A DNA stretch of 64,000 bases from Parachlamydiales bacterium (GCA_963765145.1 CAVXVG010000027.1:128001-192000), one strand, 5' to 3'. Positions 50,485-60,696 are shown, counted from the first letter of the stretch. Program-made: numbers and translations. Notes: generated by a model from the sequence alone, not told the origin.

Positions 50485-51594
50485 TTAAAAGTTAGCTACA
50501 ACACCAAGAACAACAGAATAGTCGGTGGCTCTGTTCCAGATTTCGGTGGTGCCTTGTAAGTAGGCTTTGAAGTTCTCTTCGAAGGCAGAAGTGACAGTGA
50601 TGGCTCCATCAAAACTGTTTCTATTCAAATGGAGGCCATGATCTTGGAAAAAATCTCCAAAATTTTGGAACGTTTGCCAAAAAAGAACATCTTCATGTGT
50701 CAAACGGCAATTCCAAGCGGCATCCAAGCTTACAGAGAAAGTGCAGTAAGGTCTTGATGTGGCATGGAGGCCAAGACGGCTTGTTGTCAATGTATGCCTT
50801 CTTTCATAAACGACAAGATTTGCTACACTTGCACCACTTTCAATTGTTCTATCTCTCCAATAGGTTTGGCTTTCGATTCCAAAAAATGGTTGGAACAAGA
50901 CCCAGCACATTGGAAGATCAACACCAACTTCTCCATAAGTCACGACATGGTAGGTAGGGGCTGAGCTGTCGGCAGCAAAATTTAAAGGGCCTACGTTAAT
51001 AGGACGGTGGATTTTATTGTTTGTATAACTTCCGGAGATGTCATACATGATATACCAATGTTGTGGACGATAAAGGGCATAGATCCCTAACAAGCCAGTA
51101 TCTAACTTCCCGTGTCCACCTAAGTTATAATGAACAAAATCATGTGCATAAGAACCTGCGATCCCAATTAAAGCGGTGTCACATAAAGATTTTTGCAAAC
51201 CTAAAGTCACTTCATATCCGCTGGAGTTAAAACCAAAGCTATTAGCGTCATTTTCGGTGATGATCCGATCATAGCTTCCTTCAACCCAGGCATCTAGCCC
51301 CACCAAACAAGGGTCTTCACATCTGCAGCAAGGCATTGTTGTCACAAGTTCTCTTACTGGATCATACATTCTTCTTACAAATTGGCGGTTGAGTGCGAAT
51401 GTGATAAAAGGGTCGTTAGTATGTTGGTTGCCGCTCAATTGATCGAGCGCTTCAGCTGTAGCAGCATCTGAGAGGCCAGCAAAGGCACTTGCAAGTTCTG
51501 GGCTGTTGATCACTTGGCTAGCAGTCCATTCCTCATTAATCGAAAAAGCAGAAAGGGATACTGAAAGTAAAAGAAGGGTTAGTAGTTTAAGCAT
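50485..51594 (-). CDS. Autotransporter beta-domain protein without passenger
   Basis: Signal peptide, ALDQLSG linker helix, beta strands, terminal F. Confidence 0.8.
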   Translation of the reverse strand: MLKLLTLLLLSVSLSAFSINEEWTASQVINSPELASAFAGLSDAATAEALDQLSGNQHTNDPFITFALNRQFVRRMYDPVRELVTTMPCCRCEDPCLVGLDAWVEGSYDRIITENDANSFGFNSSGYEVTLGLQKSLCDTALIGIAGSYAHDFVHYNLGGHGKLDTGLLGIYALYRPQHWYIMYDISGSYTNNKIHRPINVGPLNFAADSSAPTYHVVTYGEVGVDLPMCWVLFQPFFGIESQTYWRDRTIESGASVANLVVYERRHTLTTSRLGLHATSRPYCTFSVSLDAAWNCRLTHEDVLFWQTFQNFGDFFQDHGLHLNRNSFDGAITVTSAFEENFKAYLQGTTEIWNRATDYSVVLGVVANF

Positions 51595-51639
51595 ATTATC
51601 TCCAATGGGACAAAGTTTATAGCAGGTCCAAGATATAAA

Positions 51640-51782
51640 AATAAGGAGTGGGCGCTAGAACCTCAAAGACTCGAAAGGCCTCATTTGAATAAAACATCGA
51701 CATTGGCCTACGCAGTAGAGCCGAATGTCGATGTTTTTTCAACTGAAGCGCTTTCGAGCGTTAAGGGCGCCCACTCCTTATT
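51640..51782. mobile_element. Short family C element
   Basis: AATAAGGAGTGGGCGC / GCGCCCACTCCTTATT TIRs; central hairpin around CCTACGCAGTAGAG. Confidence 0.88.
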
Positions 51783-51784
51783 CA

Positions 51785-52897
51785 TCAATAGAGGTACTGG
51801 AGGCCGAGCTGGAGGTTGTATGAGGCGGCGCGACTCCATGCTTCCCCGTTGATTTCGATGTAAGAGCGCAATTTTTCTGTGATGTGGTTAGAAACAGTGA
51901 CTGCACCTTCTACGCTGCTTTTTGATACTGATACACCTCGGAGATTAAAGGGGGTTCCAAAGCTGAGGAATGATGGGTTTAATCTGTTGTTGGAAGAGGT
52001 AAACCGATAGTTCCAAGAGATGTCGGCGCTGAAGTAAAACCCCCAGCAATGTTCATAGGTGGTTAGATGAAGACCTGCACGAGTTAAAGCATTTGTATGG
52101 TCAAGTTTTTGAAAAGAAAGGCCAAGCTCTGATTCATTACTTTCGCTAAATCCATTGCAGCAATAGCTGATGCTTTCAATGGCCGCAAACGGCTGCACTA
52201 ATAAGTTGGATAGGGGCAAGTCAAAGCCGACCTCTAAATAAGCTGTAAAATTGTAAAACTTAGGCCGACTGTCTGCAGATTCCACAAATCCTTCAACGAC
52301 AAAATTTCTATGGACTTTGTTTTGGGTATAGCCAAAAGCCGCATCAGCTAGAACGTAGAATCTATCAGGGCGGTAGAGGCCATAGAGGCCCAAAAAGCCG
52401 CTGTTCATTCGACCGTAGCCGTTTAGATTATAGTGTATATATTCGTAATCGTAGGATAAACCCGCACCGAATATGAAATCGGTTAAAAATGTTTTTTGAG
52501 CACCCCAAGTTAAATTGAGGCTAGTGGAATGAAAGCCAAAGCCGTTTCCATCATTTCGTAATTGGTCGTGCCCCCAGCCTCCTTGGGCCCAAAATGTGAT
52601 TCCATCACAATAAGGAGTATAGCAAGGGTCCACTACAAAAATGCGGATCGGGTCGTAGAGCCTGCGGATAAACTGTTGGCTTAAAAGACCGACAAGGTAA
52701 GGATCGTTGGTATATTGCACGCCACTCAACTGATCGAGTATTTCGCTGTCGATAGATAAAAGTCCGTCTACCTGGCTTTGTACCTGAAGTTCATTGTGAG
52801 AAAGAGCGCCGATAAGCTCTGTCGAATGGAATAATAAAGGTATTAGAACAACAGCGGAGAAGGTTTTTTTTGCGTTTTGAAACATACGATATGACAC
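51785..52897 (-). CDS. Autotransporter beta-domain protein without passenger (paralog)
   Basis: LDQLSGVQYTNDP...QFIRRLYDP shared with the neighbour; terminal aromatic residue. Confidence 0.8.
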   Translation of the reverse strand: MSYRMFQNAKKTFSAVVLIPLLFHSTELIGALSHNELQVQSQVDGLLSIDSEILDQLSGVQYTNDPYLVGLLSQQFIRRLYDPIRIFVVDPCYTPYCDGITFWAQGGWGHDQLRNDGNGFGFHSTSLNLTWGAQKTFLTDFIFGAGLSYDYEYIHYNLNGYGRMNSGFLGLYGLYRPDRFYVLADAAFGYTQNKVHRNFVVEGFVESADSRPKFYNFTAYLEVGFDLPLSNLLVQPFAAIESISYCCNGFSESNESELGLSFQKLDHTNALTRAGLHLTTYEHCWGFYFSADISWNYRFTSSNNRLNPSFLSFGTPFNLRGVSVSKSSVEGAVTVSNHITEKLRSYIEINGEAWSRAASYNLQLGLQYLY

Positions 52898-52970
52898 TAC
52901 AAGGGTGGATCAGATCGTATTTATAGCGCTAATTCGGTGGAATTTCAATGGAAAGAAGGACGGGCGATGC

Positions 52971-53969
52971 CTATACCGCTTGGACCATTTCTTCGGAAAG
53001 TTGGGCTAAAAATTCTCTTATTTGATCAAGCGAAGTGGCATGTGCGATGGTATGACGAACCACTTTAGCCCCTGGAGTATCTGAAAAATACCAAGGACCG
53101 ACTCGCCGCATATCGGTTAGAGCGCGCCGATCATTCTGATAGGCTTGTATCATCTCAAAATGCTCAAGCAGCGCCCCTAATTTTTGGTCGTGGGTATAAG
53201 AGAAAGGCTCACCTTTGCTGTAAGCCCGCACTTCGTCAATAAACCAGGGGCGGCCCATTGTGCCACGTGCGATTAAAAATGCGTCACAGCCTGTTTCTTG
53301 GCCCATTTTATAAACAGCTTCTGCAGAGAAGAGGTCTCCGTTTCCAATGACGACGATATTTTTGGCCACTTGTTTGGCCATTTTGATGGTTTCCCAGTTG
53401 GCATTGCCTCGATAGCCTTGCTCTCTTGTTCTACCATGGATGCAGATGGCTTTGGCCCCTGCCGCTTCAGCAATCTCTGTGATCAAGGGGGTGACAATTT
53501 CATCGTCATCATCCCAGGCAGCTCTGATTTTAAGAGTCACAGGAATTTTAACTCTGGCGACCATGTTAGAGAGGATTTCACCAATTTTTTGCGGAGTTTT
53601 TAGAAGGCCTGAACCACTTCCATCTTTTGTCACTTTATCGACAGGGCATCCGCAGTTTAAATCGATGATGGGGAAACCAAGCTCTTCAATGATGGCGGCT
53701 GCTTGCCCGGCGATAGCAGGATTGCTGCCGCAAAGCTGAGCACCCACAACCATGCCGAGCGAGTGGTCGACATCTAAAAGTTGATAGGTTTTAGGTTCAT
53801 AACGGACTAAAGGCTCCATTTTGACCATTTCGCACCACATCAAACCAGGGCGAAATTTGGAACCCATTTTTCTGTAGGGATAATCGGAGCATCCTGCCAG
53901 GGGTGCGTAAAATATATTGCTTTCAAGGCGAAGATCGCCGATCTGAAAATGTTCTTTATACACTGCCAA
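52971..53969 (-). CDS. dusB: tRNA dihydrouridine synthase
   Basis: APLAGCSD, IDLNCGCP, IHGRTR, GNGD, ARG..GRPW. Confidence 0.9.
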   Translation of the reverse strand: MAVYKEHFQIGDLRLESNIFYAPLAGCSDYPYRKMGSKFRPGLMWCEMVKMEPLVRYEPKTYQLLDVDHSLGMVVGAQLCGSNPAIAGQAAAIIEELGFPIIDLNCGCPVDKVTKDGSGSGLLKTPQKIGEILSNMVARVKIPVTLKIRAAWDDDDEIVTPLITEIAEAAGAKAICIHGRTREQGYRGNANWETIKMAKQVAKNIVVIGNGDLFSAEAVYKMGQETGCDAFLIARGTMGRPWFIDEVRAYSKGEPFSYTHDQKLGALLEHFEMIQAYQNDRRALTDMRRVGPWYFSDTPGAKVVRHTIAHATSLDQIREFLAQLSEEMVQAV

Positions 53970-54216
53970 CCAACATAATAAAAATATTTTCAGAAAACTG
54001 CAGGGCGAGGAAAGCTATGATCGGTGAAATATCGACCATGCCGATCGGCGGTATGATTTTTCTGAATAGATTCAAGTAAGGGTCGGTATAAAATGAAATA
54101 AATCGGAGCCATTTTTGCTGTTGGATTTCCGGCACCCACGAAGAAAGAACCCGAACAATCAGCATCAATTGGAATAGGGTGAAGAGATAATGGACGATCT
54201 GTATAAACATGGGCAT
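53956..54216 (-). CDS. yggT: YggT family membrane protein
   Basis: TDPYLNLFRKIIPPIGMVDISPI. Confidence 0.9.
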   Translation of the reverse strand: MPMFIQIVHYLFTLFQLMLIVRVLSSWVPEIQQQKWLRFISFYTDPYLNLFRKIIPPIGMVDISPIIAFLALQFSENIFIMLVGSV

Positions 54217-54244
54217 ATTTTAACCCCTTTAGAAAAAAATCCCT

Positions 54245-55087
54245 ATGCTTTTTCGCTTTTTAGCCCTCTTTTTTCTTTTTAACCTCTCGTTGCAAGCAAA
54301 TATTTTAGACGAGCCAAAACCGTTAGGCTCCTGTCACTTTGTTGTTGTAACTATTCCAAAAAGTGGGACCCATCTGTTGCAGAAATATTTAGAATTGGCT
54401 CAGGGCAAACATCAAACAAATATTACAATGACTTTGCAATTGCCCGGATGGAACTATTTTGAACCAAAAAAACCTAAGAAATTAGATGCTAGAATTCAGC
54501 GATTAAAGAGTCCGAACACCTACCTCATCTCTCACGGCGATCTTGCGCTTCCTGTCCTCCGTTTTCTTAATAACAATCCAGATAGCCCTCTACTCGTCAA
54601 CATCCGTGACTTAAGAGACGTGCTAATCTCGCAGGTTTATTACGAATGGGATTGGATAGAAAGATATATAGGACCAACAGACTTTACAGAAAAACTGTGG
54701 TTCCTTTTGAAACATGATAATATTCGCTTAAGCGGTTATATACACACTCCCTTAAGACACGCTGAAGCTTTAATTCCCCTGATCGAACACCCCAATTGTC
54801 TGATTGTCCGGTATGAAGATTTTGTCGGGTCTGAAGGGGGAGGGAATGACGACCGGCAATTAGCCCTCATTTTTGCGATTGCCAACCACATCCAAATCCC
54901 CATGTCTCCAGAAAAGGCGATAGAACTTCAATCGATTCTTTACGGCGATAAGGGGAAGAAATCTAATACCTTTCGCTCAGGGAAAACCGGAACTTGGAAA
55001 GAGGCTTTTACCAAGGAGCAACTGCAATTCTTTAACGAAAAATTCGGAAAAGTCCAACTGCAGCTCGGCTACACCTTAGACCAGTAA
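54245..55087 (+). CDS. Sulfotransferase domain protein with signal peptide
   Basis: TIPKSGTHLL (5'-PSB), RDLRDVLIS (3'-PB), YEDF, FRSGKTGTWK. Confidence 0.85.
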   Translation: MLFRFLALFFLFNLSLQANILDEPKPLGSCHFVVVTIPKSGTHLLQKYLELAQGKHQTNITMTLQLPGWNYFEPKKPKKLDARIQRLKSPNTYLISHGDLALPVLRFLNNNPDSPLLVNIRDLRDVLISQVYYEWDWIERYIGPTDFTEKLWFLLKHDNIRLSGYIHTPLRHAEALIPLIEHPNCLIVRYEDFVGSEGGGNDDRQLALIFAIANHIQIPMSPEKAIELQSILYGDKGKKSNTFRSGKTGTWKEAFTKEQLQFFNEKFGKVQLQLGYTLDQ

Positions 55088-55096
55088 ACGCCATCG

Positions 55097-55270
55097 CTGC
55101 ATAACTAACCACAGAGGCAGTGAGATCACAGAGAAAATATGAGAGTCTTGAGAGCCATTCTTTTGGTTAAAAAGTTAAAGGTTGAGGTGACGACGATAGA
55201 ATCAGTCTCGGTGTTCTCATGTTTTCTCTGTGATCTCACTGCCTCTGTGGTTAATTGTATAGTTATGCAG
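55097..55270. repeat. Family B element inside a CTGCATAACTA inverted repeat
   Basis: TAACCACAGAGGCAGTGAGATCACAGAGAAAA / TTTTCTCTGTGATCTCACTGCCTCTGTGGTTA, flanked by CTGCATAACTA / TAGTTATGCAG. Confidence 0.9.
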
Positions 55271-55325
55271 AGTGCCCCAATGGACTCGCGTTAATTGTTG
55301 TTAAAGGATAAAATTTTGGCTATCA

Positions 55326-56762
55326 ATGCCAGTTTCATCACCTGCTTATAAAACCCTTTGTTTTACTCTCGACGGACGAGGTGTCGCCTTATCCTTAAAT
55401 AAGGGGGTGATTGAGGTGAACGCTTTACTTGATGAAGTCAAAGCGTTTGACAATCACCTTATTACTCTTGTTTTAAGCAAAAAGGCGCCCCTTCTGGTCC
55501 GCCCTCTAGTGCTTCCTTTAAAAACATCTAATGAAATAGATCAAGCTTTGCCGCATGAGGTAGAAGGGCTCTTTTCAACCCAACAAGGAGATGTCGCCTT
55601 TGATAGGATTTTACATCCTGTCGAAAAGGGCAAAAGAAGAGTCACTCTTATTATCACGACGGCGCCGGGGTTACAAGAGTCGTTAAAACCTTTTGAGGAA
55701 CTAGGCTTGATAGCAGAAGGGGTAACAGCGGCGCCGGTTTGTCTTGCAACCGCCGCCCATGCAGTAAGCCCAAGAGATGTGCCAAGAGGGGTTTTGTTGG
55801 TCCAAGAAGAGGCATCTTTATTCATTGTTGAAAAAGAAGGGGCTCTTTTAGGGGCCGTAAAACTTCCCCATCCCCTACAAAAGGGCAGTTTAGCAAGAGC
55901 AATAGGTTCTTTAACTCGAGAATTGCAAACCCCCATTGCCAAAGAAATTCTCACCTTTTCCACCGAACGTGTTATCGCTCCGCCTGAGCCTTATGTTTTT
56001 GTTAAACCTACTGAAATCTACGGATTGACGACGAGTGACTGGGAAAGATTTGTCCTCCCATTTGGAGGTGCAGTCGGTTCGCTTGTCGGAAAAACAAACG
56101 GTATTAATTTACGAGAAAAGCAACTCCAACCTCCACTTCCCTGGAAAAGAACCAGCCCTCGTTTATTTTTAGTGTGCGGCGCATTTTTATTGGCCCTTGC
56201 TGCCTTGTTTATTGCCGGTGTTTCTTACCTGTCTTGGAAAGAAGATCTTTTAAGGGAAAAATGGGCCTATACATTATCTTTACTTGGGAAAAGTGAAGAA
56301 CAATTTGAAGAGCATTTTGTCGAAAAAGGGGGAGGGAGAGCGACCGATCTTGTCTTTTTAAGTCCAAATGATATCGTTGCGAGGGCTCACTTTGTTCAAA
56401 AAGACTTGGCCTCTACGCCGATTTTATTTCCTCTTCATCCCAATGTCCCCAAGGTGACCGATCTTTTAGCATGGTTGGCAACGCTGGACGAAGTCGTTGG
56501 AGAAGAAGAGAGGTTGCAAATCACTTCTCTTCAATATTCGATGATTAAACGTCCTGAAATGGAAAAAAAGCAGGAGAAATACCAGGTTAAAGTGGATTTA
56601 GAGTTCACGACGCCTTCTCCTAAATGGGCAAGGGAGTTTCATGACCTTCTCATCAACCCCAATCCCTTTGTTGACCCTAAAGGGGAAGTTAAATGGAATG
56701 TGACAAGAGGAAGTTACAAAACCTCGTTCTTACTAAAGGATCAAACAGCCTATGTCCATTGA
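55326..56762 (+). CDS. Conserved chlamydial protein, PilM/GspL-like architecture
   Basis: LVRPLVLP...IDQALPHEVE, GINLR motif before a single TM, then a predicted periplasmic domain. Confidence 0.55.
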   Translation: MPVSSPAYKTLCFTLDGRGVALSLNKGVIEVNALLDEVKAFDNHLITLVLSKKAPLLVRPLVLPLKTSNEIDQALPHEVEGLFSTQQGDVAFDRILHPVEKGKRRVTLIITTAPGLQESLKPFEELGLIAEGVTAAPVCLATAAHAVSPRDVPRGVLLVQEEASLFIVEKEGALLGAVKLPHPLQKGSLARAIGSLTRELQTPIAKEILTFSTERVIAPPEPYVFVKPTEIYGLTTSDWERFVLPFGGAVGSLVGKTNGINLREKQLQPPLPWKRTSPRLFLVCGAFLLALAALFIAGVSYLSWKEDLLREKWAYTLSLLGKSEEQFEEHFVEKGGGRATDLVFLSPNDIVARAHFVQKDLASTPILFPLHPNVPKVTDLLAWLATLDEVVGEEERLQITSLQYSMIKRPEMEKKQEKYQVKVDLEFTTPSPKWAREFHDLLINPNPFVDPKGEVKWNVTRGSYKTSFLLKDQTAYVH

Positions 56763-57372
56763 TACCTTGTCTACAAAACGGCTTTTTTTCTACTTATCGA
56801 TCCTTTTAGCCCTCCCTCTTTTTCTTATTTATCTCCATTTCTCTTCGATAGCAGATCACATCGAACGGGTCGAAGAGGCCTTGTCGATGTTAGAAGTTGA
56901 GATTTTGACAAAAGAGAGGAAACAAGCAGAAAATAAATCTGTGCGAGCACTTTATCGAGAAAGCGACCACTTTTATATCGATAAGTATTTAGAGCCTCTT
57001 CCTCTTTTACAAAACGAAGTAGCGGCCATAGAATCCCTCTTTGAAAAACCGATCCCCTTATCCGAGCCCTTAAAGAAGAGGTACGATTTTTTAACCAACG
57101 GCCAAAATGAGGTCAGGTTTATCGAAGGGCAAGTCAAATCGTATCCAACATTTCAAGAGACCATTGAAACCCTTTCGCACCCTGTTGAGATCGATTTGGG
57201 CGATCTAAAAAAACTGCTAGTTTTGATCGAAGGTGCAAACTTAGAAGAAAAACCCCCTGAGGGGCGTCCACACCTTTTGATCACCGATTTAAAAATCGAA
57301 AAAAAAGAGGGGCTAAACAACCGAGAGCATTTTCAACTGTTTTTGAAACTACTTAAAAGAGAATACTTATGA
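56752..57372 (+). CDS. Conserved chlamydial single-TM protein
   Basis: N-terminal TM plus coiled coil; overlaps both neighbours. Confidence 0.65.
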   Translation: MSIDTLSTKRLFFYLSILLALPLFLIYLHFSSIADHIERVEEALSMLEVEILTKERKQAENKSVRALYRESDHFYIDKYLEPLPLLQNEVAAIESLFEKPIPLSEPLKKRYDFLTNGQNEVRFIEGQVKSYPTFQETIETLSHPVEIDLGDLKKLLVLIEGANLEEKPPEGRPHLLITDLKIEKKEGLNNREHFQLFLKLLKREYL

Positions 57373-58625
57373 GATTAATTGTTTGCTTATTGTTAATTAT
57401 TTCCTTTTCGTTAGAATCAAAAAATCCTGTAAAAGAAAGAGCCCGGCTATCTTCCGTTCAAATCATCGATAGAAACGGTTTCTCTGAAAATATCACGATC
57501 AAAGAGAAGTTGGAAGGTTTCGAAAATGTCAATTTCTTGAGCTCTCAACCCTATAAACGGGTTTTACGGGTTTATCAACCTGACAGAGAAGGAGCCATTC
57601 GCTCTTTTTTAACTACCTATTTTGAAAATGGCCAAATTAAGCAATATTTAGAAATTAAAAATGCCCGTGCCTATGGTCTGTATCAGGAGTGGTATGCAAA
57701 TGGACAAGTTAAGGTAAAAACACACGTGATCGGGGGCCCGCCTGATTTATCCCCTCTAGCCGAAAGTCAGTGGGTTTTTGAGGGGTTGTCATTTGCTTAT
57801 GATGAAGAAGGGCATCAGATTGCCAAAATCCAATACAAGAAAGGGGCTTTAGATGGGATTGCCGAGACCTACTCTTCCTTTGGAGTTATATTATCTAAAA
57901 CACCTTATAAAAACGGGGTGATTGAAGGGAGTGAACTTCTCTATTCTACAAGCGGTGTTCTATTAGAAAGACACCAGTATAAAAACGGGGTTTTACACGG
58001 CCCCTCAGAGACCTATTGGGATGCCGAAAAAATTGCAACGGTTGAATTGTATAAAAATGGATTGCTTGCATACGGAGTTTCTTTTTCAAAAGAAGGGTCA
58101 ATCGTTAACTTTGTGAATGAGGGAGAAGGCTCTCGGTTGTATGTTGTTCTTGCTGTTTTGAAACAGGAGCAGGAAATCCATGATGGAGAGATCCGAGGGA
58201 AGGTGATCGCTTTGGACGAGAGCGGAAGGACAACTTCGGTCTTTCATGTAAGGCATGGAGAAAAACATGGCTTAGAAACCCTATACTATCTAAATGGGAA
58301 AGAGAAAATTGCCATGGAATGGATCGAAGGAAATATTCAAGGGCAAGTGACGACTTGGTATCCAAACGGCGTCAAAGAAAGTGAAAGGGAAGTGATCAAA
58401 AATAAAAAGCAGGGACTTGCCCTTGCTTGGTATCCTACAGGAGATTTACTTCTGATCGAATCTTATAACAATGACCTACTGGACAAAGGGGAATATTTTA
58501 AAAAAGGGGAAAGATCTCCTATTTCGTCTATAAAGCAGGGAAATGGACTTGCTACTCTTTTTGACAAGGATGGCTTGTTAAGGCAGAAGGTTACATACGA
58601 AAGTGGAAAACCCATCATCCAGTAA
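57369..58625 (+). CDS. MORN-variant (YwqK-like) repeat protein, exported
   Basis: Signal peptide; repeated Y/W-x-NG and YKNG...G units. Confidence 0.8.
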   Translation: MRLIVCLLLIISFSLESKNPVKERARLSSVQIIDRNGFSENITIKEKLEGFENVNFLSSQPYKRVLRVYQPDREGAIRSFLTTYFENGQIKQYLEIKNARAYGLYQEWYANGQVKVKTHVIGGPPDLSPLAESQWVFEGLSFAYDEEGHQIAKIQYKKGALDGIAETYSSFGVILSKTPYKNGVIEGSELLYSTSGVLLERHQYKNGVLHGPSETYWDAEKIATVELYKNGLLAYGVSFSKEGSIVNFVNEGEGSRLYVVLAVLKQEQEIHDGEIRGKVIALDESGRTTSVFHVRHGEKHGLETLYYLNGKEKIAMEWIEGNIQGQVTTWYPNGVKESEREVIKNKKQGLALAWYPTGDLLLIESYNNDLLDKGEYFKKGERSPISSIKQGNGLATLFDKDGLLRQKVTYESGKPIIQ

Positions 58626-59165
58626 AAAGGCTTTAAGAGAGCATTATCAGGCTGTTCTCAAACATCTTTCCGTCGAGAGAAAAAAAGCGCCTCCCAACAA
58701 GCAGAGAGCTTTTTGCCTTCTTGGGTTGACGATCGGGTATCTAATAAAAAAGGGATGATCGCTGTTTTTTCCCCTTTTAAAGGTGAGATAGACCTGTGGC
58801 CTATCTACAAGCTTTGGCTGGGCGAACATCGTATCATCTTCCCCAAAATCAGTGGCGCTACCCTTTCTTTCCATCAAATTCACAAAATCGAGGATCTTTC
58901 TCCCTCGATTTATTCTCTTTTAGAACCCAATAGTCACCTTCCTGAAGTTCCACTTGAGGAAATTTCCCTCATCTTTGTTCCAGGCCTTGCTTTTGATAAC
59001 GAGTATTATCGTTTAGGCAGGGGACTCGGGTTTTATGACAAGCTCTTATCCCTACTCCCTCTAGGAATACCTAGAGTCGGTATTGGCTACAAAGAGCAGC
59101 TAAGCCCTGAACCCTTGCCAAGAGCCGATCACGATCAGAAATTGACAGATAGGCTGCTTTTCTAA
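58603..59165 (+). CDS. ygfA: 5-formyltetrahydrofolate cyclo-ligase, frameshift in A run at ~58680
   Basis: KKALR at the N-terminus; VPGLAFD, RLGRGLGFYDKLL, HD; adding one A joins the frames. Confidence 0.88.
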
Positions 59166-59357
59166 TTTTTCAATTTTTTTCTTACATAACGTCTTACAGT
59201 ACAAAGTGAAAAAGGTGTTGCTCAAAATAACTTGGGTTGAGTATGAAGAATTTTAACATTTAGAAATCGACCTTTAAGCAAAATGCGAACGAATATTCAA
59301 ACGGTTCACTTGGAATCTTAGAAGGTCTTAGAGTTGGAAAACGACAAGGAGAAAAAG

Positions 59358-60581
59358 ATGAGGTCTTTCCTCAAAAAGACTTGGAGCGCTGTAACAGTAG
59401 CAGTTCTTTCTGTATCAGCATTGCAAGCAGATCCATTTAACGATGATAATTGCTGTGCTCCCAGAGTAGAACCTTGCTATGGCTATGCTTATAACCCAGG
59501 TGTATTCATTGCAGATTGCTGCGGCTGGTATGCCAATATTGCCTATCTTTACTGGAAACCAAATCAAGAAGGGATTTCTGCTGGTACTTTAAACAGCTTG
59601 ACAGAGAGCCCCATAGGTGTTGCTGAAACTGAAGCGGATTCTTTTGACTTCCTTGGTACAACCGATGCTAAGCAAGTTTATCCAAAATTTGAGTGGGATT
59701 CTGGTTTTCGTATCGGAATTGGCTATCATCTCCCCTGCGATAGCTGGAGTGTCGGTTTAGAATATACTCATTACCGTACTGATACCCATACAACCTTCTC
59801 CTCTGCTTTTATAGACAATTTAACCCTGGGGAGTGCTACAGGTATTTCAGGTTCTCTGTTCGCTCCTGCTTATTCTGGCGCCTTCGATTCAACTGATATC
59901 TTTTCACAAACACAAGTTGCTCTTGAAGTAGACTGGAGAATCCAATTTAACCAGTTGGATTTAGATTTTGGACGTGAGTTTTATGTTGCTCGCTGGATGA
60001 CTTTAAGACCTCACGCAGGTTTGAGAGCTCTCTTTATCAACCAAAACTATAACATCCAAAAAAACGCTACTGGCTTTAATCAATTTACTGTTGAAACAGC
60101 CTTCACCAACTCAATTGGCCAAACCAGAGAAGCGGTCAAGATGTATAACGACTTTAAAGGGGTCGGTCTTGAAGGGGGACTTGATATGTCCTTCGATTTG
60201 GGATGCAATCTTGCGTTCTACGGAGAGCTTGCCGCTGGAGCAACTTTTGGTCGTGCTCGTGTCACTCAAAAAACTAGCGCTACCAATCAGTTTGGCGTCA
60301 CTACTATCACAACAACAGAACCGATCAATTATCGGATCACCGATAACTACGACACCATTCTTTGCAATGCAGACATGGCGTTTGGCCTTCGTTGGAGACA
60401 AAGGGTCAACTGCGATGAAAGCTTGCTCACAATTAATTTCGGGTATGAAGAACACATTTTCTTTGGCTACAACCGGTTCCGCAATATAGTTGGACCTAGT
60501 TTACAAAATGTTATCACAAACAGCCCAACAGGCAATCTTTCCTTCTACGGGATTGTCTTGTCAGCAGCTATAGATTTTTAA
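59358..60581 (+). CDS. Cys-rich MOMP-like porin (Lpg1974-like family)
   Basis: AAGGAG RBS, signal peptide, YLYWKP, FEWDSGFRIGIGY, LRPHAGLR, terminal F. Confidence 0.8.
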   Translation: MRSFLKKTWSAVTVAVLSVSALQADPFNDDNCCAPRVEPCYGYAYNPGVFIADCCGWYANIAYLYWKPNQEGISAGTLNSLTESPIGVAETEADSFDFLGTTDAKQVYPKFEWDSGFRIGIGYHLPCDSWSVGLEYTHYRTDTHTTFSSAFIDNLTLGSATGISGSLFAPAYSGAFDSTDIFSQTQVALEVDWRIQFNQLDLDFGREFYVARWMTLRPHAGLRALFINQNYNIQKNATGFNQFTVETAFTNSIGQTREAVKMYNDFKGVGLEGGLDMSFDLGCNLAFYGELAAGATFGRARVTQKTSATNQFGVTTITTTEPINYRITDNYDTILCNADMAFGLRWRQRVNCDESLLTINFGYEEHIFFGYNRFRNIVGPSLQNVITNSPTGNLSFYGIVLSAAIDF

Positions 60582-60604
60582 CGGCAAAATCTAGTTGCAA
60601 CACT

Positions 60605-60643
60605 ACCCCTGAGGGCCAAAAGCTTTCAGGGGTTTTTTGTTTT
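60605..60643 (+). terminator. Rho-independent terminator
   Basis: ACCCCTGAGGGC-CAAAA-GCTTTCAGGGGT followed by a T tract. Confidence 0.8.
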
Positions 60644-60696
60644 AAAAATTCGATTTCATCAACAAAGGCAAATAGAAAGCGAGGTTCGCAAAGTCA

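Noticed and set aside
12314..55270. Dispersed repeats as a CRISPR array
   Set aside because: They are scattered inverted repeats, not regularly spaced direct repeats with unique spacers, and no cas genes are present.
57369..58625. YwqK-like protein as a toxin-antitoxin antitoxin
   Set aside because: The label reflects MORN-variant repeats only; there is no adjacent toxin and the gene sits in a conserved chlamydial block.
58560..59357. 6S RNA next to ygfA
   Set aside because: ygfA overlaps the upstream CDS, and I see no long 6S-like hairpin downstream; an Rfam search would be needed.
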